From assembly GCA_965277715.1 (NCBI GenBank), contig OZ255836.1, forward strand, positions 3,328,001 to 3,392,000: 64,000 nt of DNA, written 5' to 3'. Positions 39,449 through 49,977 of the stretch are shown here, in pieces. This DNA comes from Gammaproteobacteria bacterium (GTDB lineage: Bacteria; Pseudomonadota; Gammaproteobacteria; JBCCGL01). The notes beneath the pieces are model-generated. The model searched no databases. It saw only the letters and a list, made by a program, of their open reading frames with translations, and had not been told where the DNA came from. Position 1 is the first letter of the stretch; every line of letters starts with the position of its first letter. The translations under genes were made by a program, and so were the position numbers.

Positions 39449-41017
39449 TTATTGTAGCCTTTTGCCAATCCAATGGATGCCTTTCTTTGTTTTATTCAAC
39501 GTCCCAAAGATTTCAACATCCCCAGTATCTGAAAATTTGTAAGTTCCCTTGACTTGATCACCCCCCGTGCACTTCAATATCCATGTGCCACTATTGTTTT
39601 TATTGCGTAATGAGAAAATCCCGTCACAAACCTGGTCGGTGATTCGAATTTGTATCTCGCTTGAAAATTCATTATCAATAATCAAGCCGATGGCTGAAAT
39701 ACTGGTATTGTCGGTGGGCCATTCGCCCGTTATTCTGAGTGGGTAAATCTTAGGTAATTGTGATGCGCCGCTGCTGGCTTTGCGCAGTGCCAAAGGATTG
39801 ATGCTACTGACCCGGATATTGCTGAGAAATGCCTGAGCGTCAGACTTTGCCATGGGTTTTTTGATGCTTTGACAATAATAACCAGACATTACTTCATGCC
39901 CACCAAGATCCAGGGCGCCAGCATTTTTATATTTTATGGTGTACAAGCAGGAATATTTCTCTGAGTCGCCGATTGTATAATGCATCGTTGACCAATTATT
40001 TTTTACCCAATCTTCATCCCGTTGTGTAATAGGGCCAAATACATCTTCAAGTTGTTCAACAAAGCCGCCCAGTTTTCTTTTATTACGAAAAATACGATCA
40101 TGGGAGAGCTTATGGTATTCAATATAGGCATATTCACCACTGGAAAATAAATTTCCATACTGGGCGCCTATTACAACGCTACCGTATTTGTTTCTTTTAA
40201 ACGTGATATGTTTTGAGCTGTTGATCAAGGTTGGCATGTTCAATGTCAATGGGCTTTCGCTCTCCAGAATTTCCAAGCTGATATCCTGGGGTGTATAGCG
40301 GTTCGCCGACGATTGGTTACGCGGGGACAGTATGCTGTAGAGAGTAGTAATTGCATCACCCATATGCATATTGGGGTGAATTTTTTCACCGTACAAAAGT
40401 TTTATCAATTGTCGATCGGTTGGTGAGATGTTGTCCTGGCGGCTATTTGTATAGCTCAGCACACTGTATAAACGGTGAGGGTGCCCACCAAAGCCCAGTG
40501 TATGCATGGCTTCGTGCACGATACACCTCGAATCCTTATCTTCGACTGCTGACCGGGTCATGACGATTTTTGCTAATGTGATGACTCCATTAGATGCTTT
40601 GCTAATACTCGCGTAGCAACGGGTGATGAAGTTATTGACTGACAGGGACTTTTTCTCACTGATTTCAAATGAAAGTACAGCAGAATTTCTTTTTGGTGTA
40701 TCAATAAGCTCAATACCAGCCAGGGAGTAAACAGATTTAACCTGCTTAAATATCGATTGTCCCAACGGTGAGTAAATGTTTTCTCCACGCATTGAGAGGT
40801 ATACCGGTGTTTTAACATCCCACCTAATGACCTTGTTACGGTTTACAGTGGCGTGTTGTGCTTTAGGTTCGATACCAAGGCCAAATACTGCCTCGGCAAA
40901 CCCCAGTGTTAACGTTGAGTTGTCGGGCTTTGGCGCTACCTGACAAGATATAAGATGTACCAGAATTAATGAGAGAATAGAGGCACGTATAACGCCTCTT
41001 AGGTTGAAATATTTCAT
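39449..41017 (-). CDS. Lipoprotein with DUF2927-like zincin domain
   Basis: Lipobox-like LISC; CIVHEAMHTLG (HExxH). Confidence 0.65.
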   Translation of the reverse strand: MKYFNLRGVIRASILSLILVHLISCQVAPKPDNSTLTLGFAEAVFGLGIEPKAQHATVNRNKVIRWDVKTPVYLSMRGENIYSPLGQSIFKQVKSVYSLAGIELIDTPKRNSAVLSFEISEKKSLSVNNFITRCYASISKASNGVITLAKIVMTRSAVEDKDSRCIVHEAMHTLGFGGHPHRLYSVLSYTNSRQDNISPTDRQLIKLLYGEKIHPNMHMGDAITTLYSILSPRNQSSANRYTPQDISLEILESESPLTLNMPTLINSSKHITFKRNKYGSVVIGAQYGNLFSSGEYAYIEYHKLSHDRIFRNKRKLGGFVEQLEDVFGPITQRDEDWVKNNWSTMHYTIGDSEKYSCLYTIKYKNAGALDLGGHEVMSGYYCQSIKKPMAKSDAQAFLSNIRVSSINPLALRKASSGASQLPKIYPLRITGEWPTDNTSISAIGLIIDNEFSSEIQIRITDQVCDGIFSLRNKNNSGTWILKCTGGDQVKGTYKFSDTGDVEIFGTLNKTKKGIHWIGKRLQ

Positions 41018-41177
41018 TTCACTGTGATCCTTGTTGTTTTAACCTAACAATCAGTTGAGTTGTAACGCGAACGCCTACGGTGCTAAAGCTTCCACTCTTT
41101 ATCTATTTGCTTAAAAAAATAAAGTGTATTGAGTATTTGTAGTAGATTCAACTAATTGTTAGGTTTAAATATAATGG

Positions 41178-41783
41178 TTAAAACGCAAACTTAACATAAA
41201 CGCTGCCATAATCAGCGTCCAGTGTGCTGGTAACTTCGCCTGTTGAGTTGTTTCGTATTGTGCCGCCCGCTGCATCGTTGCGACCATAAGCAATGCCGGT
41301 GTACCTTGCGCCAAGTGAAAAGTGCTCAAAGAGATCAAATTCCAGTTGTAGTACGTACCCGGCTTGAGAGTCAAAGCCAATATCGGCAACCCCGGCAGGT
41401 TGTTCCAGGGTGGGTTCAAGGTGGTAGGTTATGCCGACGCCGTATTCAATCCAGTCCTGGTCATAAATTAATAATAAATCCGCTGGAAACGCGGTAAATG
41501 TAAAGCCACCAGCGCTATTTTGCTTATAACCGATACCCAGGCGTATCTTCCAGTCAAGCTCATTATAAAAATCATAGCCGATAGATCCAGCGATACCATC
41601 ACCCAAATCCAGGTTTTCGTTAGGGTCGGATTGGCTGGATACCAGTGTGTTATTGCCACGATCCAACTGTAATTGCAGGTAAATTTTACTCAGTGTTTCG
41701 TTGCTTTCTTCAGCGTGAACCCCTGAGACCAACAAAGCACCCAACAGGCATAATACTGTCGATAATCGGTTGTTTGGTAGCAT
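41178..41783 (-). CDS. Outer-membrane beta-barrel protein
   Basis: Signal peptide, amphipathic strands, terminal Phe (YVKFAF). Confidence 0.7.
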   Translation of the reverse strand: MLPNNRLSTVLCLLGALLVSGVHAEESNETLSKIYLQLQLDRGNNTLVSSQSDPNENLDLGDGIAGSIGYDFYNELDWKIRLGIGYKQNSAGGFTFTAFPADLLLIYDQDWIEYGVGITYHLEPTLEQPAGVADIGFDSQAGYVLQLEFDLFEHFSLGARYTGIAYGRNDAAGGTIRNNSTGEVTSTLDADYGSVYVKFAF

Positions 41784-41899
41784 GACACAGCTCCACTGTT
41801 TGTGTTTGATTCGAGAATAATGCGCTAAGTTACCTTAATCATTAGCAAAAGTATATCTGAAAATAAAACTATTACAGGGGTAAATGACGATGGCGAGTG

Positions 41900-42601
41900 T
41901 TAAAAGGCCAGTAAATACCCACCATAACCGATTGACATAAGCCCAATCACAGCGCGGAAACCTTGGATAAACCGGCTACCAAGATGGGCAAAATGTGCAA
42001 AAACCACGCCGAGAACACCACCAAAAAGTAGCATGGCCATTACCACACCGATGGAGAAGACCAATAGATAGAGAACTCCCTGCCAGGGTGAGGTCATTTG
42101 CCCCAGGGGCAGTAGTAACAATAACGGCGCCGAGCCTGCCATGCCGTGTAGTGCGCCGACCATGGTCGCTGTGTGTGGGTGTCGGTGTGCGGTATCGTCG
42201 TGCTTGCCAGAGGCGTCACCAGAAGCGTCACATGGATGGTTATGTGTGTGCCAGTGGGCGTGCTCAGGCAGGTGGTCGTGGCGGTGAAAGTGTATATGTG
42301 CGCGCTTGCGGTATAAGTCGTGAAAAATCATTGCACCGATACCGATCAGTACGGCGCCTACCGCCTGTTCGGCGAGGGCACTGAGGTCGTCGGGGATTGC
42401 CATGCCGAGTAAAAAAACGGCACCAGCCACGATGAGTAATACCGTGCCGTGGCCCAGCGCCCAGCGCAGACAGAATTGCACGCTCGATTTTAATCCAGCC
42501 CGGTGGCTGGCCATACCTGATACCGCTGCAATATGGTCAGCATCCAACGCATGCAGTAAGCCGAGACCAAAAGCCAAGGCAAATAAGCCAGAGAGATCCA
42601 T
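41900..42601 (-). CDS. Nickel/cobalt transporter-like (UreH/NiCoT-related) membrane protein
   Basis: HALDADH, WALGH, His-rich loop, HGMAGSA; start set at MDLSGL. Confidence 0.85.
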   Translation of the reverse strand: MDLSGLFALAFGLGLLHALDADHIAAVSGMASHRAGLKSSVQFCLRWALGHGTVLLIVAGAVFLLGMAIPDDLSALAEQAVGAVLIGIGAMIFHDLYRKRAHIHFHRHDHLPEHAHWHTHNHPCDASGDASGKHDDTAHRHPHTATMVGALHGMAGSAPLLLLLPLGQMTSPWQGVLYLLVFSIGVVMAMLLFGGVLGVVFAHFAHLGSRFIQGFRAVIGLMSIGYGGYLLAF

Positions 42602-42629
42602 AAGTACCAAGACCGTTAGTGTGGGGTGT

Positions 42630-44552
42630 TTAGGGGTTGTTTGCGTGTTCTTCCATGCGTTTTGATCGCACACTGGCGATAGCTTCGCGAACCTGGCTAC
42701 TGATACCGGCGGCGTCCAGTCGGCACTCGGCGAGTAATTCCTCGCGGCTGCCCTGTTCGATAAAGTTGTCCGGCAGGCCAATGTTGATAATGGGTGTGTG
42801 CCCCCGCTGTTGGTTGAGCAACTCATTGATGCCACTGCCCGCGCCACCGGCGACGACGTTTTCTTCCAGGGTGATCAGCAGGCTATGCGAGGCGGCCAGT
42901 TGTAAGATCATTGTTTCATCAAGGGGTTTTACAAACCGCATGTTGACTAATGTCGCATCGAGCTGGTCGGCGCAGTCTCTGGCCGCATAAACCATTGTGC
43001 CAAAGGCCAGCAGGGCAACGCTGTGCCCCTGATTACTATGCCTCTGGCGAAGTATCTCGGCTCTGCCAATTGGTAGCGTGTCGAGTGTGGCGTCAACGGC
43101 GATTCCCGGGCCAGTGCCGCGTGGGTAGCGCACAGAGGCAGGGCCGTTGTGGTTGAACCCGGTACTGAGCATCTTTCGGCACTCGTTTTCATCTGCGGGT
43201 GCCATAACCAGCACACCAGGCAAGCAGCGCATATAGCTGAAATCGAAGCTCCCGGCGTGGGTGGCGCCGTCTGGGCCGACTAGTCCGGCGCGATCCAGGG
43301 CGAACAATACAGGGAGTTTTTGCAGTACAACATCGTGAATTAGTTGGTCGTAACCGCGCTGTAAAAAAGTGGAGTAAATAGCCAGCACCGGTTTGAGTGA
43401 TTCGCAGGCCATACCCGCCGCAAGGGTGACTGAGTGTTGCTCGGCAATGCCGACATCAAAGTAGCGCTCTGGGTATTTTTTTTCAAACTCAACCAGCCCT
43501 GACCCCTCGCGCATAGCGGGTGTGATGGCGACCAGGCGCTCATCGTGCGCGGCCATATCGCATAGCCAGTCACTGAATACCTGTGTGTATTTCAGACCTG
43601 TCGGTGATGCGCTTTTTTTCAGGTTTTTGCCAGTTTTGGGGTCGAAGGGTTCCACCGCATGCAGTGCCAGTGAGTCCTGCTCGGCAAAGCTGTAGCCCTT
43701 GCCCTTTTTGGTGGCGACGTGCAACAGCAGTGGTCCGGGCAGTTTTTGCAGGTTTTGCAGGATTTTGATCAGTGCGTTGAGGTCGTGGCCGTCGACCGGC
43801 CCGTAGTAATTGAAGCCCAGTTCCTCGAACAGTGTACCGGGGGCGACCATGCCTTTGGCGTGTTCTTCCCAGCGGCGGGCAAATTCCCAGACAGGCGGCA
43901 TTTTGCTCAGTACTTTTTTGCCGGTTTCGCGTGCGCTGGAGTAGATCTGGCCAGAAATAATGCGGGTGAAGTACTGGTTGAGTGCACCTACATTGGGTGA
44001 AATTGACATGTCGTTGTCGTTAAGTATCACCAGCATATTGGCTTTCCAGGCACCGGCGTTGTTAAGTGCCTCGAAGGCCATGCCCGCTGTCATGGCACCA
44101 TCGCCGATAACGGCAATGCATTGGCGTTGTTCGCCGCGCAGGCGCGCACTGATTGCCATGCCCAGCGCTGCGCTGATAGAGGTGCTGGAGTGGCCAACAC
44201 CAAAGGTGTCATATTCGCTTTCGTCGCGCTTATTAAAACCGGCCAGGCCGTCTTTCATGCGGATGGTGTGCATCCGTTCACGGCGTCCGGTGAGGATTTT
44301 GTGTGGGTAGGATTGGTGGCCTACATCCCATACGAGTCTGTCGTGTGGGGTATTGAAAACGTAGTGAAGGGCCACTGTAAGTTCGACTGTGCCGAGGCTG
44401 GCACCGAGGTGGCCACCGGTCTGCGCTACCGACTCAATCAGAAATTCACGCAACTCCTGGCTAAGCGGTAGTAGTTCGCCTGGCTCAAGTTGGCGTAGAT
44501 CCTCTGGGGAGTGGATGGTGCGTAGGTGTGGGTATTTGTCCAGATCGATCAT
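42630..44552 (-). CDS. dxs: 1-deoxy-D-xylulose-5-phosphate synthase
   Basis: [36 protein letters not shown]. Confidence 0.97.
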   Translation of the reverse strand: MIDLDKYPHLRTIHSPEDLRQLEPGELLPLSQELREFLIESVAQTGGHLGASLGTVELTVALHYVFNTPHDRLVWDVGHQSYPHKILTGRRERMHTIRMKDGLAGFNKRDESEYDTFGVGHSSTSISAALGMAISARLRGEQRQCIAVIGDGAMTAGMAFEALNNAGAWKANMLVILNDNDMSISPNVGALNQYFTRIISGQIYSSARETGKKVLSKMPPVWEFARRWEEHAKGMVAPGTLFEELGFNYYGPVDGHDLNALIKILQNLQKLPGPLLLHVATKKGKGYSFAEQDSLALHAVEPFDPKTGKNLKKSASPTGLKYTQVFSDWLCDMAAHDERLVAITPAMREGSGLVEFEKKYPERYFDVGIAEQHSVTLAAGMACESLKPVLAIYSTFLQRGYDQLIHDVVLQKLPVLFALDRAGLVGPDGATHAGSFDFSYMRCLPGVLVMAPADENECRKMLSTGFNHNGPASVRYPRGTGPGIAVDATLDTLPIGRAEILRQRHSNQGHSVALLAFGTMVYAARDCADQLDATLVNMRFVKPLDETMILQLAASHSLLITLEENVVAGGAGSGINELLNQQRGHTPIINIGLPDNFIEQGSREELLAECRLDAAGISSQVREAIASVRSKRMEEHANNP

Positions 44553-44707
44553 AAATGAAGAGGGCCGGAGTTAATTACCTATTATGGAATTTGCATTGTA
44601 CCCGTGCAAGCAACTTGTTTATCGATAGGGTCGTTCGCCAACTGTTTCTGTGGAGAGTCGGCTGACACTGATTGTTGGTAGTTTGGGATTTGTGCTTCTA
44701 CTATTAA

Positions 44708-45295
44708 TCAGGTGTTGGCCAGGATGTGGCTAATTTTTGTTGCGATGAAGGGGATTACTTCTGTTGCGTACCAGGGGTTCTTTTTTAACCATAGCTGGTT
44801 GCGTGGTGAGGGGTGGGGGAGTGGCAGGTAACCCGGTGTCGCGTCGCGCCAGTGTTTTACCCGCTCGGTGAGTGTTTTGAAGTTGTCCTGCAGGTAGTAT
44901 TGCTGGGCGTATTGGCCAATTAATAGGGTCAGTTCGACAGCGGGCAGGTGGGCTAGTACTTTTTTATGCCATAAGGGCGCGCATTCGGGGCGCGGTGGCA
45001 GGTCGCCGGATTTGCCTTTTCCAGGGTAGCAAAATCCCATAGGTACTATGGCAAACAGTTGTTCATTGTAAAATTGCTGTTTGTCGACTCCCATCCAGTC
45101 ACGCAGGCGGTCGCCGCTGGGGTCGTCCCAGGGGATGCCACTGGCGTGTACGCGGGTGCCGGGTGCCTGGCCGATGATTAATACACGTGATGAATGACTG
45201 GCCCGCACTATTGGCCGTGGGCCAAGGGGGAGTGAGTCGGCGCATTGTGTGCACTCACGAATATCCGCCAGTAATGTAGACAATGAATCAGCCAT
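44708..45295 (-). CDS. Uracil-DNA glycosylase family protein
   Basis: IIGQAPG, FCYPG, LPHPSPRN. Confidence 0.9.
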   Translation of the reverse strand: MADSLSTLLADIRECTQCADSLPLGPRPIVRASHSSRVLIIGQAPGTRVHASGIPWDDPSGDRLRDWMGVDKQQFYNEQLFAIVPMGFCYPGKGKSGDLPPRPECAPLWHKKVLAHLPAVELTLLIGQYAQQYYLQDNFKTLTERVKHWRDATPGYLPLPHPSPRNQLWLKKNPWYATEVIPFIATKISHILANT

Positions 45296-45307
45296 GTGTA
45301 GCCTCTG

Positions 45308-45982
45308 TTAAAGTAATCCCAGTTCGGCAAACGATACATGACAACCGTCACCAATGATAACGTGATCCAGTACCCGTACTTCCACTAATTCCAGTGCTTG
45401 CTTTAGCTGCTGGGTAATGCGCTCATCATTACGGCTTGGCTCGGCGAGGCCGGAGGGGTGGTTGTGTGAAAGAATAATTGCCGCCGCATTGTGTTGCAGC
45501 GCTATTTTAACGATTTCGCGAGGGTGGACGGTAGCGCTGTGCAGGCTGCCACGGAACACTTCTTCAAAGTGCAGGAGCCGGTGTTGGTTGTCGAGAAACA
45601 GGCAGGCAAATACCTCATAAGATAAGCCGTGCAGGCGGTTGGCGAGAAACTGAAGGGTAACTTCAGGTGAGGTGAATGCATCGGAGAGGGTGAGGGTTTG
45701 TTGCAGGTAGCGGCGTGACATTTCCAATACCGCTTGTAGCTGTGCAAATTTGGCATCACCCAGCCCTTTGTTATGGCAAAACGATTTGTGTGTCGCGACT
45801 AATAAGCCGTGCAGGCCTTTATAGTGTGTGATGAGTTGGCTGGCCAGGTCGACCGCCGATTTACCGGCGACCCCGGTACGTAAAAAAATTGCCAGCAACT
45901 CTGCATCGGTAAGCGCTGCGGCGCCGCGTTTAATCAGTTTTTCGCGGGGGCGGTTTTCTTCTAGCCAATCGTTAATTGCCAT
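45308..45982 (-). CDS. radC: RadC/JAB domain protein
   Basis: RPREKL, VHPRE, HNHPSG, LDH; start set at MAINDW. Confidence 0.95.
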   Translation of the reverse strand: MAINDWLEENRPREKLIKRGAAALTDAELLAIFLRTGVAGKSAVDLASQLITHYKGLHGLLVATHKSFCHNKGLGDAKFAQLQAVLEMSRRYLQQTLTLSDAFTSPEVTLQFLANRLHGLSYEVFACLFLDNQHRLLHFEEVFRGSLHSATVHPREIVKIALQHNAAAIILSHNHPSGLAEPSRNDERITQQLKQALELVEVRVLDHVIIGDGCHVSFAELGLL

Positions 45983-46152
45983 GCTGTCTTCCCTAACAAG
46001 TGGAGGTGATTCGCTGTATGTTAACCACAAATGGCCGGTTTCACAAATTGTGATTTTCAGGGTGATTTTTTCGGATTAAGTAAACTACCCCAAAACTTCA
46101 AGAGGTAAGCCAGCGGAAACGGCTGAGTGGGTGTTCACGAGCACCCCTGAGA

Positions 46153-47544
46153 TCAATCCAGTAGGCAGCGAACTACATCCGGCAGGCGCTCGACCAAATA
46201 CAAAGGCAGCGAGGCCAAAGTATAACGCGCTCGTTGCGACTGATTGCCGGATTTGATCGTTGCCTCGGTGCTATGCACCGAAGGCAGTGAGGCGTCGAAA
46301 CGTACCGCCAGTGGCAATTGTTTTTCCCCCATAAACTGGTGCAGCGACTTCAAGCTGCCGGTTGCACCGGCTTTTACTTCGATAGGGATAATCTGCCCTT
46401 CTAGCGCGACGACAAAATCCAGCTCGGCGTTATAGGAGCGACCCTCGCGCAGCCAATAAGTTAACTCTCGGTTGGGTGAGTCAGTCAATAGCGCTTGTAG
46501 ATGCTGCCCTACGAATTGCTCGGCGACAGGGCCGTCGTTAACTCCCTGTGTTTCGTTCAACTGGGAAAAGGCGCGCCAATTGAGATCGCAGATGGTGTTC
46601 ATCAACCCCACGTCCAGAAATAGCAGTTTGTAGACATTTTCCTTGAGGGTTGATTGCAGCGGCAAGCCTGTGCAGTGACTGTGAATCACTTTATTAACGA
46701 CTCTGGCCATGCAAAGTAATTCCAAGTCGCGTTTGATCGTTGCGCTCTGGTCGTCGCGGGAAAAGTGACTGTATTTGACCTTTGTGCCCACGCTGCGAGC
46801 AGCTATGTTGAAGACGTTGAGAATCCGGTTGCGGTCGCGGTTACCGATATATTTAGGGAAGTCGTCTCGATACGTTTCAATTATCGATGTGTGAGTTTCA
46901 CTCACCGGTCCTAGGCGCCGTTGTTCAGCATAAGCGGCGACGGCCTCGGGCATACCTCCGACAAAACAATACTCGTGTAACAGCCGTCGCAATCGTTGAT
47001 GGACTATCGGACCGATCAAATCGCCCGGCATGTAAGTGTTAACAATATGTGCCAATTTTTTTTCATCTAATGCCTGAAGAAACTCTGAAAATGTCATTGG
47101 CCCCATCGGTAAATAACGAATTCTGCCGACAGGCATCGAGAATCTGCGATCAGACAGTGCGAATTCAAGCAGTGAGCCAGCACAAATCAAAGGTAACTCT
47201 GGGCGCTCCTCATAAAAGTAGCGCAGCGCGGATATGGCTGCGGGCGCAGCTTGTATCTCATCAAGAAACAGCAATGAGTTTTCATCGACGCTCGCCATTC
47301 GTGGCAGTGCTTCGATTTGTTGCAAAATATAGTGAGGATCGTTGCTGGCGAACACCTCTCCGAGCTGTGGGTAGCGCTCTAAATTGACCTCGATCAGATT
47401 TCGATTCGATTGCTCGGCGAATAGCCTGACAAGGGTAGATTTACCGACCTGGCGGGCGCCTCTAATAACCAGCGGTTTGCGCGTTTTGCTCTGTGCCCAG
47501 TGTTGTAAAAAGCCTAGTTGGTGTCGTTTCATGGTCTCTGTCAC
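46153..47544 (-). CDS. AAA_14 ATPase with DUF4143 / C-terminal PD-(D/E)xK-like domain
   Basis: GARQVGKS, LDEIQ, GGMPE, ELDFV...IEVK. Confidence 0.88.
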   Translation of the reverse strand: MTETMKRHQLGFLQHWAQSKTRKPLVIRGARQVGKSTLVRLFAEQSNRNLIEVNLERYPQLGEVFASNDPHYILQQIEALPRMASVDENSLLFLDEIQAAPAAISALRYFYEERPELPLICAGSLLEFALSDRRFSMPVGRIRYLPMGPMTFSEFLQALDEKKLAHIVNTYMPGDLIGPIVHQRLRRLLHEYCFVGGMPEAVAAYAEQRRLGPVSETHTSIIETYRDDFPKYIGNRDRNRILNVFNIAARSVGTKVKYSHFSRDDQSATIKRDLELLCMARVVNKVIHSHCTGLPLQSTLKENVYKLLFLDVGLMNTICDLNWRAFSQLNETQGVNDGPVAEQFVGQHLQALLTDSPNRELTYWLREGRSYNAELDFVVALEGQIIPIEVKAGATGSLKSLHQFMGEKQLPLAVRFDASLPSVHSTEATIKSGNQSQRARYTLASLPLYLVERLPDVVRCLLD

Positions 47545-47585
47545 CCATTTTCCTTAAGCACTATAGCAAAGATTTATACCACTTA

Positions 47586-47640
47586 TATGATTTTATGGGT
47601 ATCTTTTCAGTTTTTCTGTATGATTTTATGGGTATCTTTT
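47586..47640. repeat. Two 22-bp direct repeats upstream of the AAA gene
   Basis: TATGATTTTATGGGTATCTTTT at 47586 and 47619. Confidence 0.85.
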
Positions 47641-47744
47641 AATACTTACTTTACCTAAAAACACCGATAGTGACTCAACAGGCCTTGTATCTAAAGAAAA
47701 GGCTCAGGTCATAAGCGACTACGGCAGATGGTCAACAATGTGCT

Positions 47745-48092
47745 TCAGCAGGAATACACCACGGGAATTCGAGGTGTTTTGCGTGAACGAACGGCATCCA
47801 CATTTTCCAGTGGGCGTTTCAATACACGGGTATATAAAAAAACTAAGGCATTAAATGCCTGGTTTTGCGTGGCCGCAGCCACATTGGCTTTTGTTGCCAA
47901 ATATCCCAGAAAATCCTCAGTCTTACGCTCTGGTTCAACAAACAGTGCTTTCCGTGCCTGCATTGGGTGAAAACGTATAAAGCGGACAATCCAATTGCAG
48001 TAAGCGCGCTCGGTATGAATAGAATAATGGAGGCGTCTCATGAGGTCACGCATTTCCGTAAGCAGTTTTTTGTCCTTTGTTGAAGTTGACAT
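47745..48092 (-). pseudogene. intI: Integron integrase, N-terminal domain only
   Basis: RRLHYSIHTERAYCNWIVRFIRFH...FLGYLA...VAAATQNQAFNALVFLY...RIPVV; catalytic domain absent; divergent from cassettes. Confidence 0.88.
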
Positions 48093-48167
48093 ACTTGTCT
48101 TATTCCCCTATAGGTTCGGGTAAGTTTTATAGTTTCAGCCTGCCTGATTTGCCAGGTGATATCAACT

Positions 48168-48203
48168 TATCAGGGCGAACTTGCCTGATACTAATTGTTA
48201 TGT
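48168..48203 (+). other. Putative attI site
   Basis: TATCAGG-N9-CCTGATA then CTAATT-GTTATGT; GTTATGT is complementary to ACATAAC of the first attC. Confidence 0.7.
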
Positions 48204-48209
48204 TTTTGT

Positions 48210-48566
48210 ATGAAAAATGTCCTGACAATAATTGCCTGCGCATTCTGCATCAATGCTGGTGCCTGCGAGCTAACGTCTGAATACTTGGCGCTGCGAGTGG
48301 AGGCGGCGAAAGAGATTCGGCAACTATACCGTCAGTGCAAAAAAGCAGCTGATGCTCATTTCTTTTACAAAGCGGTCGCTGAGTGCATCAAAGAAGGTAA
48401 AGGTAAAAAGGTGGCAGGCGGTTGTTTTCATGTAGTGGGTTATGAGGAAACTCACAGTTCAGCTGATATCGAGCACTGTGAACTTCTAAAACCATCAAGT
48501 GATCAATTTATCGCTTATCTACATCAGGTTTCGCAGCAGAAAGGTGTGAAAAAGTGCATACATTAA
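48210..48566 (+). CDS. First cassette gene: Cys-rich secreted hypothetical protein
   Basis: Between attI and attC; signal-like MKNVLTIIACAFCINAGA. Confidence 0.75.
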   Translation: MKNVLTIIACAFCINAGACELTSEYLALRVEAAKEIRQLYRQCKKAADAHFFYKAVAECIKEGKGKKVAGGCFHVVGYEETHSSADIEHCELLKPSSDQFIAYLHQVSQQKGVKKCIH

Positions 48567-48572
48567 CTCAAA

Positions 48573-48636
48573 ACATAACAAGAGCTTCGTGCGGGACGCT
48601 CCGCGTTGCTACCCGCCCCACAAGCAGGAGTTAGGT
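48573..48636 (+). other. attC site
   Basis: ACATAAC-AAGAGCTTCGTGCGGGAC...CCCGCCCCACAAGCAGGA-GTTAGGT. Confidence 0.8.
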
Positions 48637-48695
48637 ATTCGGAACGGGAATATATGAAATGAAAATTTTTGCATCTTATGGGGTCAAGATCTTAT

Positions 48696-48940
48696 GGGGT
48701 CAGGCCAGTTATTCACTGTTCAATTGACTTTCAATCTGGCACATGACCTCTCTTGCCTTGGCTGAACAAAATACTGCTTTCGCTCACCCGGCAACAACTT
48801 GCCACAGTGATTACTATCAAGTGGCTGGCCAACTTTTCCCGCAACTGTGGCCGCACATCAAGGCCACTCTGACTTTCTTTGTGTTCGGCCAAGCATAAGC
48901 GAAAAGCTTTGTTGTCTAACACAGTCGAGACGTTATTTTT
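48696..48940 (-). pseudogene. Partial, internally deleted RAYT-like element
   Basis: GGGGTCAGGCCAGTTATTCAC end plus part of the C-terminal coding region. Confidence 0.85.
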
Positions 48941-48943
48941 TAC

Positions 48944-49903
48944 GGGGTCAGGCCAGTTATTCACTATTCAATTGACTTTCAATCTGGTACATCATCTCAT
49001 AGAACTCTCCGGTGTCTAACTGCTTCCTAATATAGGCTATTGCGCTCGATACACCACCAGGATGACTTAGACCGAAAATAGTGAGTAATCGCTTTTAGTG
49101 ACATACCGCTAAACCGCTGGCAGTAATACATCGCCAGTTTACGGGGGATGTTCACACTGCCTCCCTTGCCTTGACTGAACAAAATACTGCTTTCGCTCAC
49201 CCAGCAACAACTTGCCACAGTGATTACTATCAAGTGGCTGGCCAACTTTTCCCGCAACTGTGGCCGCACATCAAGGCCACTCTGGCTTTCTTTGTGTTCG
49301 GCCAAGCATAAGCGAAAAGCTTTGTTGTCTAACACAGTCGAGACGTTATTTTTGCCGTAAAATCGTTGTATATCCTCATCAACCCCTTGATCTACATAAT
49401 CTACGCAGCGTTGATAGCTGTTTCGCGCCGGTAAACAGGCATAAACGTGATTGCGGCATAACCAAGTGAGGCTCGATGCCTTTCCTATATAAGCGGGGTA
49501 ACGAGACCAGGGATAGCTCTCTAGCGATTGAACCAGTGGCCGTTTGGTTTCAAGGGTTTCTATGAATATAGCGAGACAGTGGCAATAGATAGGCGTCTTC
49601 ATCGACATTCAGGGCCTTAAACCGTCCTCTAAACTAGGAGCCATCGGTTTTTTTAAGACGGTTATAACGCTGTGTATAAACTCCATCGACATGCTGTATG
49701 ATGCGACTGAGGTTAACATCCGGTGTTTCCAGCAGTAGGTGGTAGTGGTTGCCCGTTAGGCAGTAAACTTCGCCATGAAAAATCGCCTTATGCTCCCGAC
49801 AACGGTTCATTATGTGGTAGAAGGCGTTTTCGTATTCTATGCGCTGAGGCCTTGGCATTGGTTGGTATTGGTACAGCCTATACTAAATAACTAGCCTGAC
49901 CCC
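48944..49903 (-). mobile_element. Degenerate RAYT-like element with both ends
   Basis: Split ORFs 49634-49858 and 49027-49608; both inverted repeats present. Confidence 0.9.
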
Positions 49904-49977
49904 CTTTTTTTGAACGCTAAAAAATGAATGAACGATTAAAAAATTGTTGAATTTAACTGCGGGTCCATATATGACCC

